DNA of 32,000 nt from Planctopirus limnophila DSM 3776 (lineage in GTDB: Bacteria > Planctomycetota > Planctomycetia > Planctomycetales > Planctomycetaceae). The notes under the pieces are model-generated. The model searched no databases, was not told the DNA's origin, and saw nothing but the letters and a program-made list of their open reading frames with translations. The stretch covers positions 3,270,001-3,302,000 of the forward strand of contig NC_014148.1 in NCBI RefSeq assembly GCF_000092105.1. The letters are read 5' to 3'. The position numbers were made by a program, and so were the translations under genes. This document shows, piece after piece, positions 16,718 to 24,481 of this stretch (its first letter is position 1; the number at the start of each line of letters is the position of its first letter).

Positions 16718-17395
16718 GTAGGGTGGGTTAAGGCTTTGCGCAACCCACCAGCTTCGCAGACATCTCCCAAGCATGGTGGACACATCTCCCGCCCTCATTC
16801 CAAATCACTGAATTCGTCACCACTCCATTCACAGGTGCGGCCCCACTCCAAGGGATAAACCGCCCGCACGAACCGATGAAATGAACTCCAGGGCCAATCG
16901 GCGACACGGTTCACCAAGCCGTGCTTCAGAGGGTTCGCATGGATGTAATCGACGCAACGTTTCAAATCCTCCTCGTCGCGGCAAGTATGTTCGTAAAAAC
17001 GACGTTGCCAGATCGCCCGCTCTCCTTTGGACTGGCGACTTGCGTTGGCGGCAACATCAGAGCCCCCACCGTTCAGCTACGCTTTGGTAAAATTCATTTT
17101 GATCAGCCTCCAGCGGCGTGAATAGTCAACATCGTCGCGAGGTAATGTCCATACGGTGTGCAGGTGATCCGGAAGCAGCACGATCGCAACGATCTCAAAG
17201 GGATATTTCCTGCGAACCATGCGAATCGCCTGACGCAAATGGTCCCTGCCGGCGTCTGTGGTCAAGATCGGACGACGGCGTTCTGTGACAACTGTGAAGA
17301 AGAATGTCCTGCCGTCGTAATTCCTGCGATAATCGCTCATGGGAATTCAGGTCTTTGGGGTTGGTGGGTTGCGCAGAGCCTTAACCACACCCTAC
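16718..17395 (-). mobile_element. REP-RAYT-REP unit 1 (transposase inactivated)
   Basis: Inverted REPs GTAGGGTGGGTTAAGGCTTTGCGCAACCCACC (16718-16749) and its imperfect reverse complement (17363-17395). Each is GTAG plus an 8-bp stem GGTGGGTT/AACCCACC. They flank an IS200-like Y1 transposase ORF. Confidence 0.85.
16795..17340 (-). pseudogene. REP-associated tyrosine transposase (RAYT, IS200/Y1 HUH family) with an in-frame TAG
   Basis: The 87-aa N-terminal ORF has the HUH motif [11 protein letters not shown] at 17077-17079 replaces the Trp codon of copy 2 (FTKA* vs FTKAW). The same frame continues to TGA at 16795-16797 and encodes ...VDYIHANPLKHGLVNRVADWPWSSFHRF (catalytic Tyr region). Confidence 0.85.
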
Positions 17396-17421
17396 AACTC
17401 TCGGTTCCGAATAGGCATTCG

Positions 17422-18627
17422 CTACTTGATGGCTTCGGCGTCTTCTTCGGTCAGGGTGACCTGGCCGGCGATGATTTGCGGGGCCAGCTTCTCGGCAACC
17501 GGTCCGATGACGCTGAAATGTGTTTTACGGGGGATCTTCAGGAAGTGGATTTGCGGATTTTTGTTCTTCTTTTGCATCGAGCGGATCGTATTCCAGTTTC
17601 CGCCGGTATCACCTTCAATCACATACATGGGAGACTGGATCGAATCGAGCCAGAATGATGGAGAGCGGACAACAACTTCCGTCCGGTTGGAGGTGTCGCC
17701 ATAGACATATTCTCCATCGTATTGATTGGCAAACGCGACCGGCCCCAGGACGAAAATCGCTCGATAGCGATCACTGGCTGCCCCCACCAGCATGACGAGG
17801 GTGCCACCAGTGCTGTGTCCGCCGAGATAGATCTGCTGCGGGTCGACATAGGGCAGTTTCGCCAGGTGATCGGTCGCCGCCAGGATGTCATCCACTTCGC
17901 CCAGGAAGCCTTCCCGCACGCCGGGGTTGTTGTTGCCGCCGCGAAGCGAGGGGAACATCATGACGATCCCCGCTTTGCGAAAGGCACTTGCCGATTGATC
18001 GAAGTCACGATCGGCGGGCGACCAGACATCGCCAATCTCGTTAGAGTCTCCACCTGTAATCCAGATGATTGCCGGATGCCGCTTTCCATCTCGGGGATCC
18101 CTGGTGACATACGCCGCCAGATTGCCCACGGGGCTGGTGTAGCGAATCAATTGAAATTGTGAGGACTTGGGCGGAACTTCCGGCGGCCCAGAGCGAGGAA
18201 TTTCCGAGACGATCTTTGTCTGGAGTTTCTTCCTCGCTTCGTTGAATTTGTTCGTCGCAGCTTCCGGAGAAGCTGTCACAGCGGCGGGTGAGCCGGCAGC
18301 CGCCTGCGGGTTGACAGCGGGAGGCTGTGCAGGAGTCATGACGACTGCCTCGCTGGCGGCCGATGACTCCGGGCGGGCTGATTGAGACTGTGGCTGAGGA
18401 TCACTGGTGGGGAGTGGATCACTGGTGGCCGGTGAATCCTGCGTCGCCAGTGGAGCCGCACTCGCCAGCTCTTGAGGCTCTGTGACCTGCAGTTTCTGTT
18501 CAGAAGCCGATCCATCAGCACCGGCAGGATTTTTGCCTGCCTGAGAAGAACATCCGTGAACGATGCACAGGAACGCCAACGAGAAAATGACAAAACGGCC
18601 AGACATAACACCCCTTCGGAGATTCAT
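17422..18627 (-). CDS. secreted lipoprotein, alpha/beta hydrolase (S9/dienelactone-hydrolase-like)
   Basis: Signal peptide with lipobox IVHGC. A Pro/Ala/Ser-rich linker of about 100 aa. Nucleophile elbow GGHSTGG in an alpha/beta-hydrolase-like C-terminal domain. Confidence 0.85.
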   Translation of the reverse strand: MNLRRGVMSGRFVIFSLAFLCIVHGCSSQAGKNPAGADGSASEQKLQVTEPQELASAAPLATQDSPATSDPLPTSDPQPQSQSARPESSAASEAVVMTPAQPPAVNPQAAAGSPAAVTASPEAATNKFNEARKKLQTKIVSEIPRSGPPEVPPKSSQFQLIRYTSPVGNLAAYVTRDPRDGKRHPAIIWITGGDSNEIGDVWSPADRDFDQSASAFRKAGIVMMFPSLRGGNNNPGVREGFLGEVDDILAATDHLAKLPYVDPQQIYLGGHSTGGTLVMLVGAASDRYRAIFVLGPVAFANQYDGEYVYGDTSNRTEVVVRSPSFWLDSIQSPMYVIEGDTGGNWNTIRSMQKKNKNPQIHFLKIPRKTHFSVIGPVAEKLAPQIIAGQVTLTEEDAEAIK

Positions 18628-19021
18628 GGATCGAACCCTTCAGCCAAAGACACATGCGCATACTTACAGTAATCTGGCCGTGGTATCCTGAAAAGAGGTT
18701 GAGCGTGGATCAGCTCATTTAATGATTTCTTTTGGGGTGGCAGTGCCAAATGGAGTTTTCCAGAACTCAAGGGCATCCGTTGTGAGACTCTCAGCCGCTT
18801 CTTTCCGAGGCATACACGTTTCCTGGCGACAGGCAGGCCGCGCAACCGTCCAAGCGGCGTGTCTTCACTCGCGAGCCGTGATTTCTCCAGCCATCTCAGA
18901 GCCACCACCTCAACAACTCGCTTCGCGCAAAACGGCATTGAGTCCGCCGACTTACTGTGGCACACTCAATGTTGTAATTCCCATCCAGAACAGCAGCGCA
19001 GCGGCAACCCGCGAGGACAAT

Positions 19022-19234
19022 ATGGCCATCGACCTCGAATCGATCAAACTCCTGACCCGCGCGGAGAAGGAAGAGTTGTTCCAGTTCCTTTCCAGCGAAT
19101 TAGGTTTGGCCGAAGAGTTCGAACTCTCTGAGCAGGACCAGCAGGAAATCTCCCGCCGCCAACATGAGATGCGAACCGGCACAGTGCAGGCGATCTCTGA
19201 CGATGATTTCTGGAAGCGGTGGGAAGGCCGCTGA
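19022..19234 (+). CDS. putative addiction-module antitoxin (Unstab_antitox/TIGR02574-like)
   Basis: The 70-aa sequence MAIDLESIKLLTRAEKEELFQFLSSEL...EISRRQHEMRTGTVQAISDDDF matches the family pattern by eye. GAGGA RBS. The stop overlaps the downstream ATG (TGATG). The track ORF from 18722 is an upstream extension. Confidence 0.75.
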   Translation: MAIDLESIKLLTRAEKEELFQFLSSELGLAEEFELSEQDQQEISRRQHEMRTGTVQAISDDDFWKRWEGR

Positions 19235-19538
19235 TGTCGAGCAGACAGACTCGCTATCACCCGCTCTTCGATTCCGACCTGCAGCTCGCGTATGATTGGT
19301 ACGATGCCCAACGCGATGGACTGGCAACTGAATTCTTGAGCGAAGTCCGCCGGGGAATCAACAATATCCAGTCAGATCCCACTCGTTTTGCGAGGATCAA
19401 TTCGGACGAACACATTACCGCCTCGACCGATTCCCTTATCTCATCATCTTTGAAGCCACGACAGACTCTCTCGACTTCTATGCGATCATTCATACAATTC
19501 GCCGCACACGGTACTCCCAGCGCCGAATGGAAGATTGA
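19234..19538 (+). pseudogene. ParE/RelE-family toxin with an apparent 1-nt frameshift
   Basis: The N-terminal 50-55 aa are in the ATG frame (YHPLFDSDLQLAYDWYDAQ...DPTRF). The conserved C-terminus HYRLDRFPYLIIFEATTDSLDFYAIIHTIRRTRYSQRRMED* is in the +2 frame, ending at TGA 19536-19538. The total length of 305 nt is not a multiple of 3. The shift is most likely near 19385-19400. Confidence 0.7.
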
Positions 19539-19633
19539 TTTGTCTTCGATCGAGACAGCAGGTTTGCCCTGGAGATTAAGAAAACTAAAATATCTGCCGA
19601 AAAAGAGTAGCGATTTCATTTGCTAATTCTTTT

Positions 19634-20845
19634 CTACACGAGATTGGCAGAATCCTGTTGATTGAGTTTTGTCCAACATCTTGTTTTCAGGTCGAGTTGG
19701 TGGCGGTGTGGATTGAGGTTGTATTCGTATCCACCGTGAGGGGTGACTTCGATGTATTGACCGCCTTGAATCAGGATTGCATCCTGAGAGGCGTTGAGTT
19801 TTGCAGTGTGTTCCCAGATCCAGCCAGGATTCTCGCCTGTTGTTTCCACACGTTCGATTTCCCAGGAATCCAGTGTCAGGCGGTAGACTGGTGTGACCGA
19901 TCCGTTTCGCTGCTCCCGGTAACCTATACAGCCAATGATATAGATGTGATTGTCAACCAGTGTGGCAGAAGCGAAATCTGTCGGCGGGAAAGTTTCGCGG
20001 GGATATCCCCAGATCTGGAATCCCCCTTTGCCATCAAAGACCGTGATGTCATTGAAAATATAAAAGTCGGAGTCGTAATAGTCTTCGTGTTCACCTGCGA
20101 TACGGACAAAGCGGCCGTCAGGGAGTGAAACAATCGGGGCACCGTGACGATCGTAGGTCCAGACTTTTCGCGAATAGTCTGGTTCGGCTTCGCCCGCGTA
20201 ATGTCGATACCCCATATAGGCATTCTCTCCCGTACGCACCATCTCCCGCCAGAAGGGGACTTCCATCAACTCAGGGTTGGTCAAGCCATCACGCGGCGCC
20301 ATTTGTGCTTGAAACTCTTCCGGCGTGAGTTTTAACTCGAATGTGGCATCAGGTCTTAAGCCGAGATATTCGCGCTTGAATTCTTCATCCGCCTGATTCA
20401 GGTCATGTCCCGCATCGACTAGTCGCCTGACCGCTTCGATGCTCCAGGCATTGGAGATGACTGGCAATCTTCCAGGAGGCGTTTGTTCGGAATGCATTTT
20501 CAGCGAAGACTGCGGGAGGGCATTCTGAGTCGCTTCGGCTTTTAAGAGGAGGTCGATGCCGGGTAAGAAATTCTGTTCCACAGCCACGTCGAGAGCCGTC
20601 TGGCTGAAGCGATTGATGCCAGTGAAATCTGCTCCACGTTCCAGCAAGTGCTGGACCTTCTCTGCATCCTCACTCCGTACGGCATGCATCAGGAGTGTAT
20701 TACCGTCACTATCAGCGGTGTTAACAGAGGTCTCTGGTGTCAGTTTTTGACGAAACTCTGTGATGGTTCCGTAATAGATGGTCTTCAGCAAGTTGGTCAG
20801 TGAGTTGTCATCCATAGTCAATTCATTGTAGGGCAATTTGCCCAT
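19634..20845 (-). CDS. ankyrin-repeat protein with a Kelch/beta-propeller-like C-terminal region
   Basis: ANK repeats (DSDGNTLLMHAVRSEDAEKVQHLLERGADFTGINRFSQTALDVAV). The C-terminus has repeated hydrophobic-Gly/Trp strands (NHIYIIGCIGY..., AILIQGGQY...), judged Kelch-like by eye. Confidence 0.8.
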   Translation of the reverse strand: MGKLPYNELTMDDNSLTNLLKTIYYGTITEFRQKLTPETSVNTADSDGNTLLMHAVRSEDAEKVQHLLERGADFTGINRFSQTALDVAVEQNFLPGIDLLLKAEATQNALPQSSLKMHSEQTPPGRLPVISNAWSIEAVRRLVDAGHDLNQADEEFKREYLGLRPDATFELKLTPEEFQAQMAPRDGLTNPELMEVPFWREMVRTGENAYMGYRHYAGEAEPDYSRKVWTYDRHGAPIVSLPDGRFVRIAGEHEDYYDSDFYIFNDITVFDGKGGFQIWGYPRETFPPTDFASATLVDNHIYIIGCIGYREQRNGSVTPVYRLTLDSWEIERVETTGENPGWIWEHTAKLNASQDAILIQGGQYIEVTPHGGYEYNLNPHRHQLDLKTRCWTKLNQQDSANLV

Positions 20846-20865
20846 GAATTAAACACTATAGATCA

Positions 20866-20928
20866 CTACGGCAGGCGGCCGTCGATCATGTTTTTGGGCT
20901 GCAGGACGGGCAGGCGGCGGAAGAAGAG
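20866..20928. repeat. 63-bp direct repeat, copy A (non-coding copy of the 3' end of hydrolase gene 21626-22504)
   Basis: 60/63 identical to 21626-21688. It lies 20 nt upstream of the ankyrin gene ATG and 4 nt from the extended inverted repeat of RAYT unit 2. Confidence 0.9.
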
Positions 20929-20932
20929 CCAT

Positions 20933-21629
20933 GTAGCCTTGTAGGGTGGGTTAAGGCTTTGCGCAACCCACCATCATCTCACACATCCCGCAATTGTGAT
21001 GAACACATCCCCGGCATCACTCAAAATCACTGAATTCGTCGTCGTCCCATCGACTCGTGCGGCCCCACTCCAGGGTATATTCACCAGCTTGCACGAACCG
21101 ATGAAATGAGCTCCAAGGCCAATCGGCAACGCGGTTCACCAAGCCGTGCTTCAGCGGATTGGCGTGGATGTAATCGATGCAGCGTTTCGAATCCTCCTCG
21201 TCGCGACAAGTGTGTTCGTAAAAGCGTCGTTGCCAGATCGCCTGCTCACCTCTCGACTGGCGGCTGGTGCTGGGCGTGACATCGGCATTCCCTTCTTGAA
21301 GCCACGCCTTGGTGAAATACATTTTGATCAACCTCCAGCGGCGGGAATAGTCAACATCATTGCGGGGCAATGTCCAGACAGTGTGCAGGTGGTCGGGCAA
21401 CTGCACGAACGCAACAATCTCAAAGGGATGCTTTCTGCGAACAGTGCGTATCGCCTGACGCAAATGGTGACGGGCGGTATCGGTCGTCAAAATCGGACGG
21501 CGGCGTTCTGTTACGACCGTGAAGAAGAACGTTCGGCCGTGGTAGTTCCGGCGATAATCGCTCATGGTAATTCTGATCATTAGGGTTGGCGGGTTGCGCA
21601 GAGCCTTAACCCACCCTACGCAAGGCTAC
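20933..21629 (-). mobile_element. REP-RAYT-REP unit 2 (intact transposase)
   Basis: REPs at 20941-20972 and 21588-21619 have the same GTAG+hairpin architecture as unit 1. The inverted repeat extends to GTAGCCTT at 20933-20940 and 21621-21629. Confidence 0.88.
21017..21565 (-). CDS. REP-associated tyrosine transposase (RAYT; IS200-like Y1 HUH transposase)
   Basis: HUH motif PDHLHTVW and Tyr motif DYIHANPLKHGL. 182 aa from MSDYRR (ATG 21565; an upstream ATG is at 21580). About 88% aa identity to the N-terminal part of copy 1. Confidence 0.9.
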   Translation of the reverse strand: MSDYRRNYHGRTFFFTVVTERRRPILTTDTARHHLRQAIRTVRRKHPFEIVAFVQLPDHLHTVWTLPRNDVDYSRRWRLIKMYFTKAWLQEGNADVTPSTSRQSRGEQAIWQRRFYEHTCRDEEDSKRCIDYIHANPLKHGLVNRVADWPWSSFHRFVQAGEYTLEWGRTSRWDDDEFSDFE

Positions 21630-21688
21630 GGCAGGCGGCCGTCGATGATGTTTTTGGGCTGCGGGACGGGCAGGCTGCGGAAGAAGAG
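21626..21688. repeat. 63-bp direct repeat, copy B (the coding 3' end of the hydrolase gene)
   Basis: Encodes LFFRSLPVPQPKNIIDGRLP* on the minus strand. Its stop codon overlaps the terminal GTAG of the RAYT unit's inverted repeat. Confidence 0.9.
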
Positions 21689-22504
21689 TTCTCGCTCGGC
21701 GGCACACAGGTGAATGTGGTCATCCACATGGCTGGCCCCGTGTACGACGACGAACTGCTTGGGCCCGGGGGCTGCTTCAAAGAGCTTCTCTCCCAGTGCC
21801 AGGGGAATGAGCTGATCTTCATTGCCATGGCTTTGCAATAAAGGGCCCTGGTATTGCTTCAGCTTTTCAGCCGAGTTCAGCCGCTGGGTCATATTCCATT
21901 CGGGCAAGAGCCAGGCGGCGTGTTGCCGGGCGACATCCGGGAGCGATGGGAAGGTACTTTCCAAAATCAATCCGCGGGCTCCACCATTCGCTGCGAGATC
22001 AACCGCAACCGCTCCGCCCAGCGACCGGCCCATCAGCACAACTTCTTCAGGTGCGATCTGATTCTGTTTGGCCAGCCAGTCACGGGCAGCGGTCGCATCG
22101 ATGAGAATTCCCCGCTCATGAGGAATCCCCGTACTGCGGCCATATCCGCGATAGTCAAAGACCAGAATTGTTAATCGATGCTGACGACTCAGCCGGGCAG
22201 CCAGCACACTCCACTGATCGACAGTCCCTGCATTCCCATGACAATAAAGCACAACGGCCTGAGGAGCGGGATGGGCGAAGTAGCGACCATCCAGCTTTTG
22301 ACGATCGGGGGTTTCGATGGTGACCTGCTCGCCCGGCGGCAAGACTTCGCCGGGCTTTTGCTCGCCCCCTGCAATGAGGGAAGAAAAGTTGGGGTAGACC
22401 AGCACCTGTTCGACAGGCCGGAGCGGCGAGAGAGGCCCCAGCAGACGACATCCCTGGGCCTGAACGACTTGAACCAGTATCAGCAGGAAGAAGACCCAGC
22501 GCAT
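21626..22504 (-). CDS. secreted alpha/beta hydrolase (S33/BEM46-like)
   Basis: Signal peptide MRWVFFLLILVQVVQAQG. Motifs HGNAG, FDYRGYGRSTG and nucleophile elbow GRSLGG. Confidence 0.85.
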   Translation of the reverse strand: MRWVFFLLILVQVVQAQGCRLLGPLSPLRPVEQVLVYPNFSSLIAGGEQKPGEVLPPGEQVTIETPDRQKLDGRYFAHPAPQAVVLYCHGNAGTVDQWSVLAARLSRQHRLTILVFDYRGYGRSTGIPHERGILIDATAARDWLAKQNQIAPEEVVLMGRSLGGAVAVDLAANGGARGLILESTFPSLPDVARQHAAWLLPEWNMTQRLNSAEKLKQYQGPLLQSHGNEDQLIPLALGEKLFEAAPGPKQFVVVHGASHVDDHIHLCAAERELFFRSLPVPQPKNIIDGRLP

Positions 22505-22704
22505 GTCGGCGTGTTCCTCCCTTCGTCTGTCGTTCCACCGTATTGAGCAATGAAGACCAGCAGAATCTGCCGGATTATCCCGCCAGATCGTGGCCAGAAT
22601 CCCGCCCTATCAATTCCAGTTTCGGCTACATGCTCAATGAGGCTTGAAGGATTCTCCCTCGCTGAAGAATCAGTGGCAGCACTCGCCGACCGGAGGGAAA
22701 AACT

Positions 22705-23640
22705 TCAGGAAGGAGACGACACAGCGGGCATCGATTCGGTCTCGCTGCCACGGCGGGGAATGCGTTCACCGCCCACCACGGCACCACTTCCCAGGTTGAG
22801 CGAGAACGATCTCGTCAGTTCGGCCCCAAAGAGCAGCACCTGCATCGAGTAGTACATCCACACGAGGAAGACAACGATCGAACCGGCGGCCCCATAAGCA
22901 TTCCCCACACCGCTCTGGTGGAGATAAAACGAGATCGCGATCTTGCCCAGAAGGAAAAGAATCGCGGTCACGACGGCACCGAGAGCCGTATCCCGCCAGG
23001 TGAGCGAGACATCCGGGAGCCAGCGAAAAACACCAGCAAAGAGGAGCACAAAAACCACAAAGTTGATCGAAGGATCGGAAAACTGCAGCAGCGATTGTGT
23101 GGCTGGCACGATATCGGTCGCGACTTTACCTAACGAGGTCACAATGAGGCTCAGCACAATCGAAGTCAGTACCAGCAGCCCGATGCCGAAAATCATGAAA
23201 AACGACAGGAATCGATCTTTAATGAACCGCCACCAGCCTGTCGTACGATGAGGCGGGACTTCCCAGATTGTATTGAGGGCATCCTGCAATTCGACGAAGA
23301 CCGCCATCGCTCCCACCACGAGAGTAATGATGCCAATCGTGGTCGCGATAAATCCGTTGGTTGATTTGCGGGTATTGGCCACAACTGAACTGACGATCTG
23401 GGCCGCTTCCTCACCGACAACTTCACGCATCTGGTCGGTCACTTCGCCACGAGCGACTTCCCCACCGACAATCATGCTCAACAGCCCGACAGAAATCACA
23501 GCCAATGGAGCCAGTGACAAAATGGCATAAAACGCGAGCGAAGCCCCCAGCCTCGGACACTTATGAGCCAGCCATTCACGGCCGGCATCCACAAAAACGT
23601 GGACCACTGCTCGAAAACTCAATCGCTTCACCATGGGCAT
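22705..23640 (-). CDS. YihY/BrkB family membrane protein (formerly called ribonuclease BN)
   Basis: N-terminus FRAVVHVFVDAGREWLAHKCPRLGASLAFYAILSLAPL plus about 6 TM segments, typical of the family. Confidence 0.85.
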   Translation of the reverse strand: MPMVKRLSFRAVVHVFVDAGREWLAHKCPRLGASLAFYAILSLAPLAVISVGLLSMIVGGEVARGEVTDQMREVVGEEAAQIVSSVVANTRKSTNGFIATTIGIITLVVGAMAVFVELQDALNTIWEVPPHRTTGWWRFIKDRFLSFFMIFGIGLLVLTSIVLSLIVTSLGKVATDIVPATQSLLQFSDPSINFVVFVLLFAGVFRWLPDVSLTWRDTALGAVVTAILFLLGKIAISFYLHQSGVGNAYGAAGSIVVFLVWMYYSMQVLLFGAELTRSFSLNLGSGAVVGGERIPRRGSETESMPAVSSPS

Positions 23641-23700
23641 AAAAACATTCCACCGCTGGAATATGACAGAGGAATGAAACAGTGGAACCGGGACGAGGCT

Positions 23701-23726
23701 TCAGGTATCAGGTATCAGGTATCAGG
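23701..23726. repeat. 7-bp tandem repeat (CAGGTAT, about 3.5 copies)
   Basis: tCAGGTATCAGGTATCAGGTATCAGG in the yihY-tpx intergenic region. Confidence 0.9.
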
Positions 23727-23833
23727 CGAGATCAACGCCGCGGGAACATCACTGAGAGGCGAACAAAAATGGGTGACGATCTTTACTAACCGGCACCCAT
23801 GGGTTCACCCGTGATTCCATCCCACACAGAGCG

Positions 23834-24337
23834 TTACGACTTCGCAGCTGCGAGCACAGCTTCGTAGTTGGGATGATCGGCGATTTCCTTGCAGTATTCG
23901 ACGTACTTCACCTTGCCATCGGCACCCACCACAAAAACAGCGCGGGCGAGGCAACGATCGAGTGGGCCGCCGCTGATCAGCACGCCGTAATCGACACCAA
24001 AATCGGTGCAGCGATGAGCGGAGAGCGTCTTGATGTTCTCGACCCCTTCCGAAGCACACCAGCGCTTGTTGCCAAAGGGGAGATCCATACTGACGACGAA
24101 GACATCGACATTCGGCAGATTCTTGACTTCGTCGTTGAACTTCTTGGTTTCGAGAGCGCAAACTGAAGTATCGAGCGAAGGGACCGTGGCAATAATGGTG
24201 GTCTTGCCACTCAGTGTGACTTCACTGAGATCGTTGGCCTGCAGTGAAAATGTGGGTGCGACATCTCCCACAACAATCGCACGGCCCTTCAGATCGACAG
24301 GATTTCCCTTGAGTGTTGTTGCCCCAGCACGCTTCAT
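23834..24337 (-). CDS. tpx: thiol peroxidase Tpx (atypical 2-Cys peroxiredoxin)
   Basis: Peroxidatic Cys motif PSLDTSVC and resolving Cys region NKRWCASEG. GGGGGAGA RBS. Confidence 0.93.
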   Translation of the reverse strand: MKRAGATTLKGNPVDLKGRAIVVGDVAPTFSLQANDLSEVTLSGKTTIIATVPSLDTSVCALETKKFNDEVKNLPNVDVFVVSMDLPFGNKRWCASEGVENIKTLSAHRCTDFGVDYGVLISGGPLDRCLARAVFVVGADGKVKYVEYCKEIADHPNYEAVLAAAKS

Positions 24338-24481
24338 AATGCCATCTCCCCCTGAAAGATGAGTTTGTTCAGCGAATCCATTGATCCGGCTCTCAACAGG
24401 AAGTATCGCAGGTCGGTCAGCAGTTTCAAAGGAACAGGTCTGTTCAGTGCGAATCCATAGTGACCGCAGAAAGGCCAGCCC

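Noticed and set aside
16568-16858. ORFs crossing the REP sequences (16568-16858 +, 16577-16798 -, 17158-17658 +, 17339-17704 +)
   Set aside because: They run through REP hairpins or antisense to the RAYT and hydrolase genes. The repeated peptide strings (WWVAQSLN / GWVKALRNPP) are just translations of the REP.
18624-18965. 113-aa minus-strand ORF upstream of the lipoprotein hydrolase (4-nt overlap with its start)
   Set aside because: It has only a GTG start and an extremely Arg/Lys/Leu-rich, low-complexity translation. It overlaps an equally implausible plus-strand ORF. It is more likely the divergent promoter region between the hydrolase and the TA module.
18722-19021. 100-codon N-terminal extension of the antitoxin ORF in the track (18722-19234)
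   Set aside because: The extension has no protein-like features. The family-typical antitoxin starts at ATG 19022 with its own GAGGA RBS.
21180-21200. tRNA-like T-arm string (TTCGAATCC)
   Set aside because: It lies inside the RAYT coding sequence and has no acceptor, D or anticodon arm context. I saw no tRNA gene anywhere in the window.
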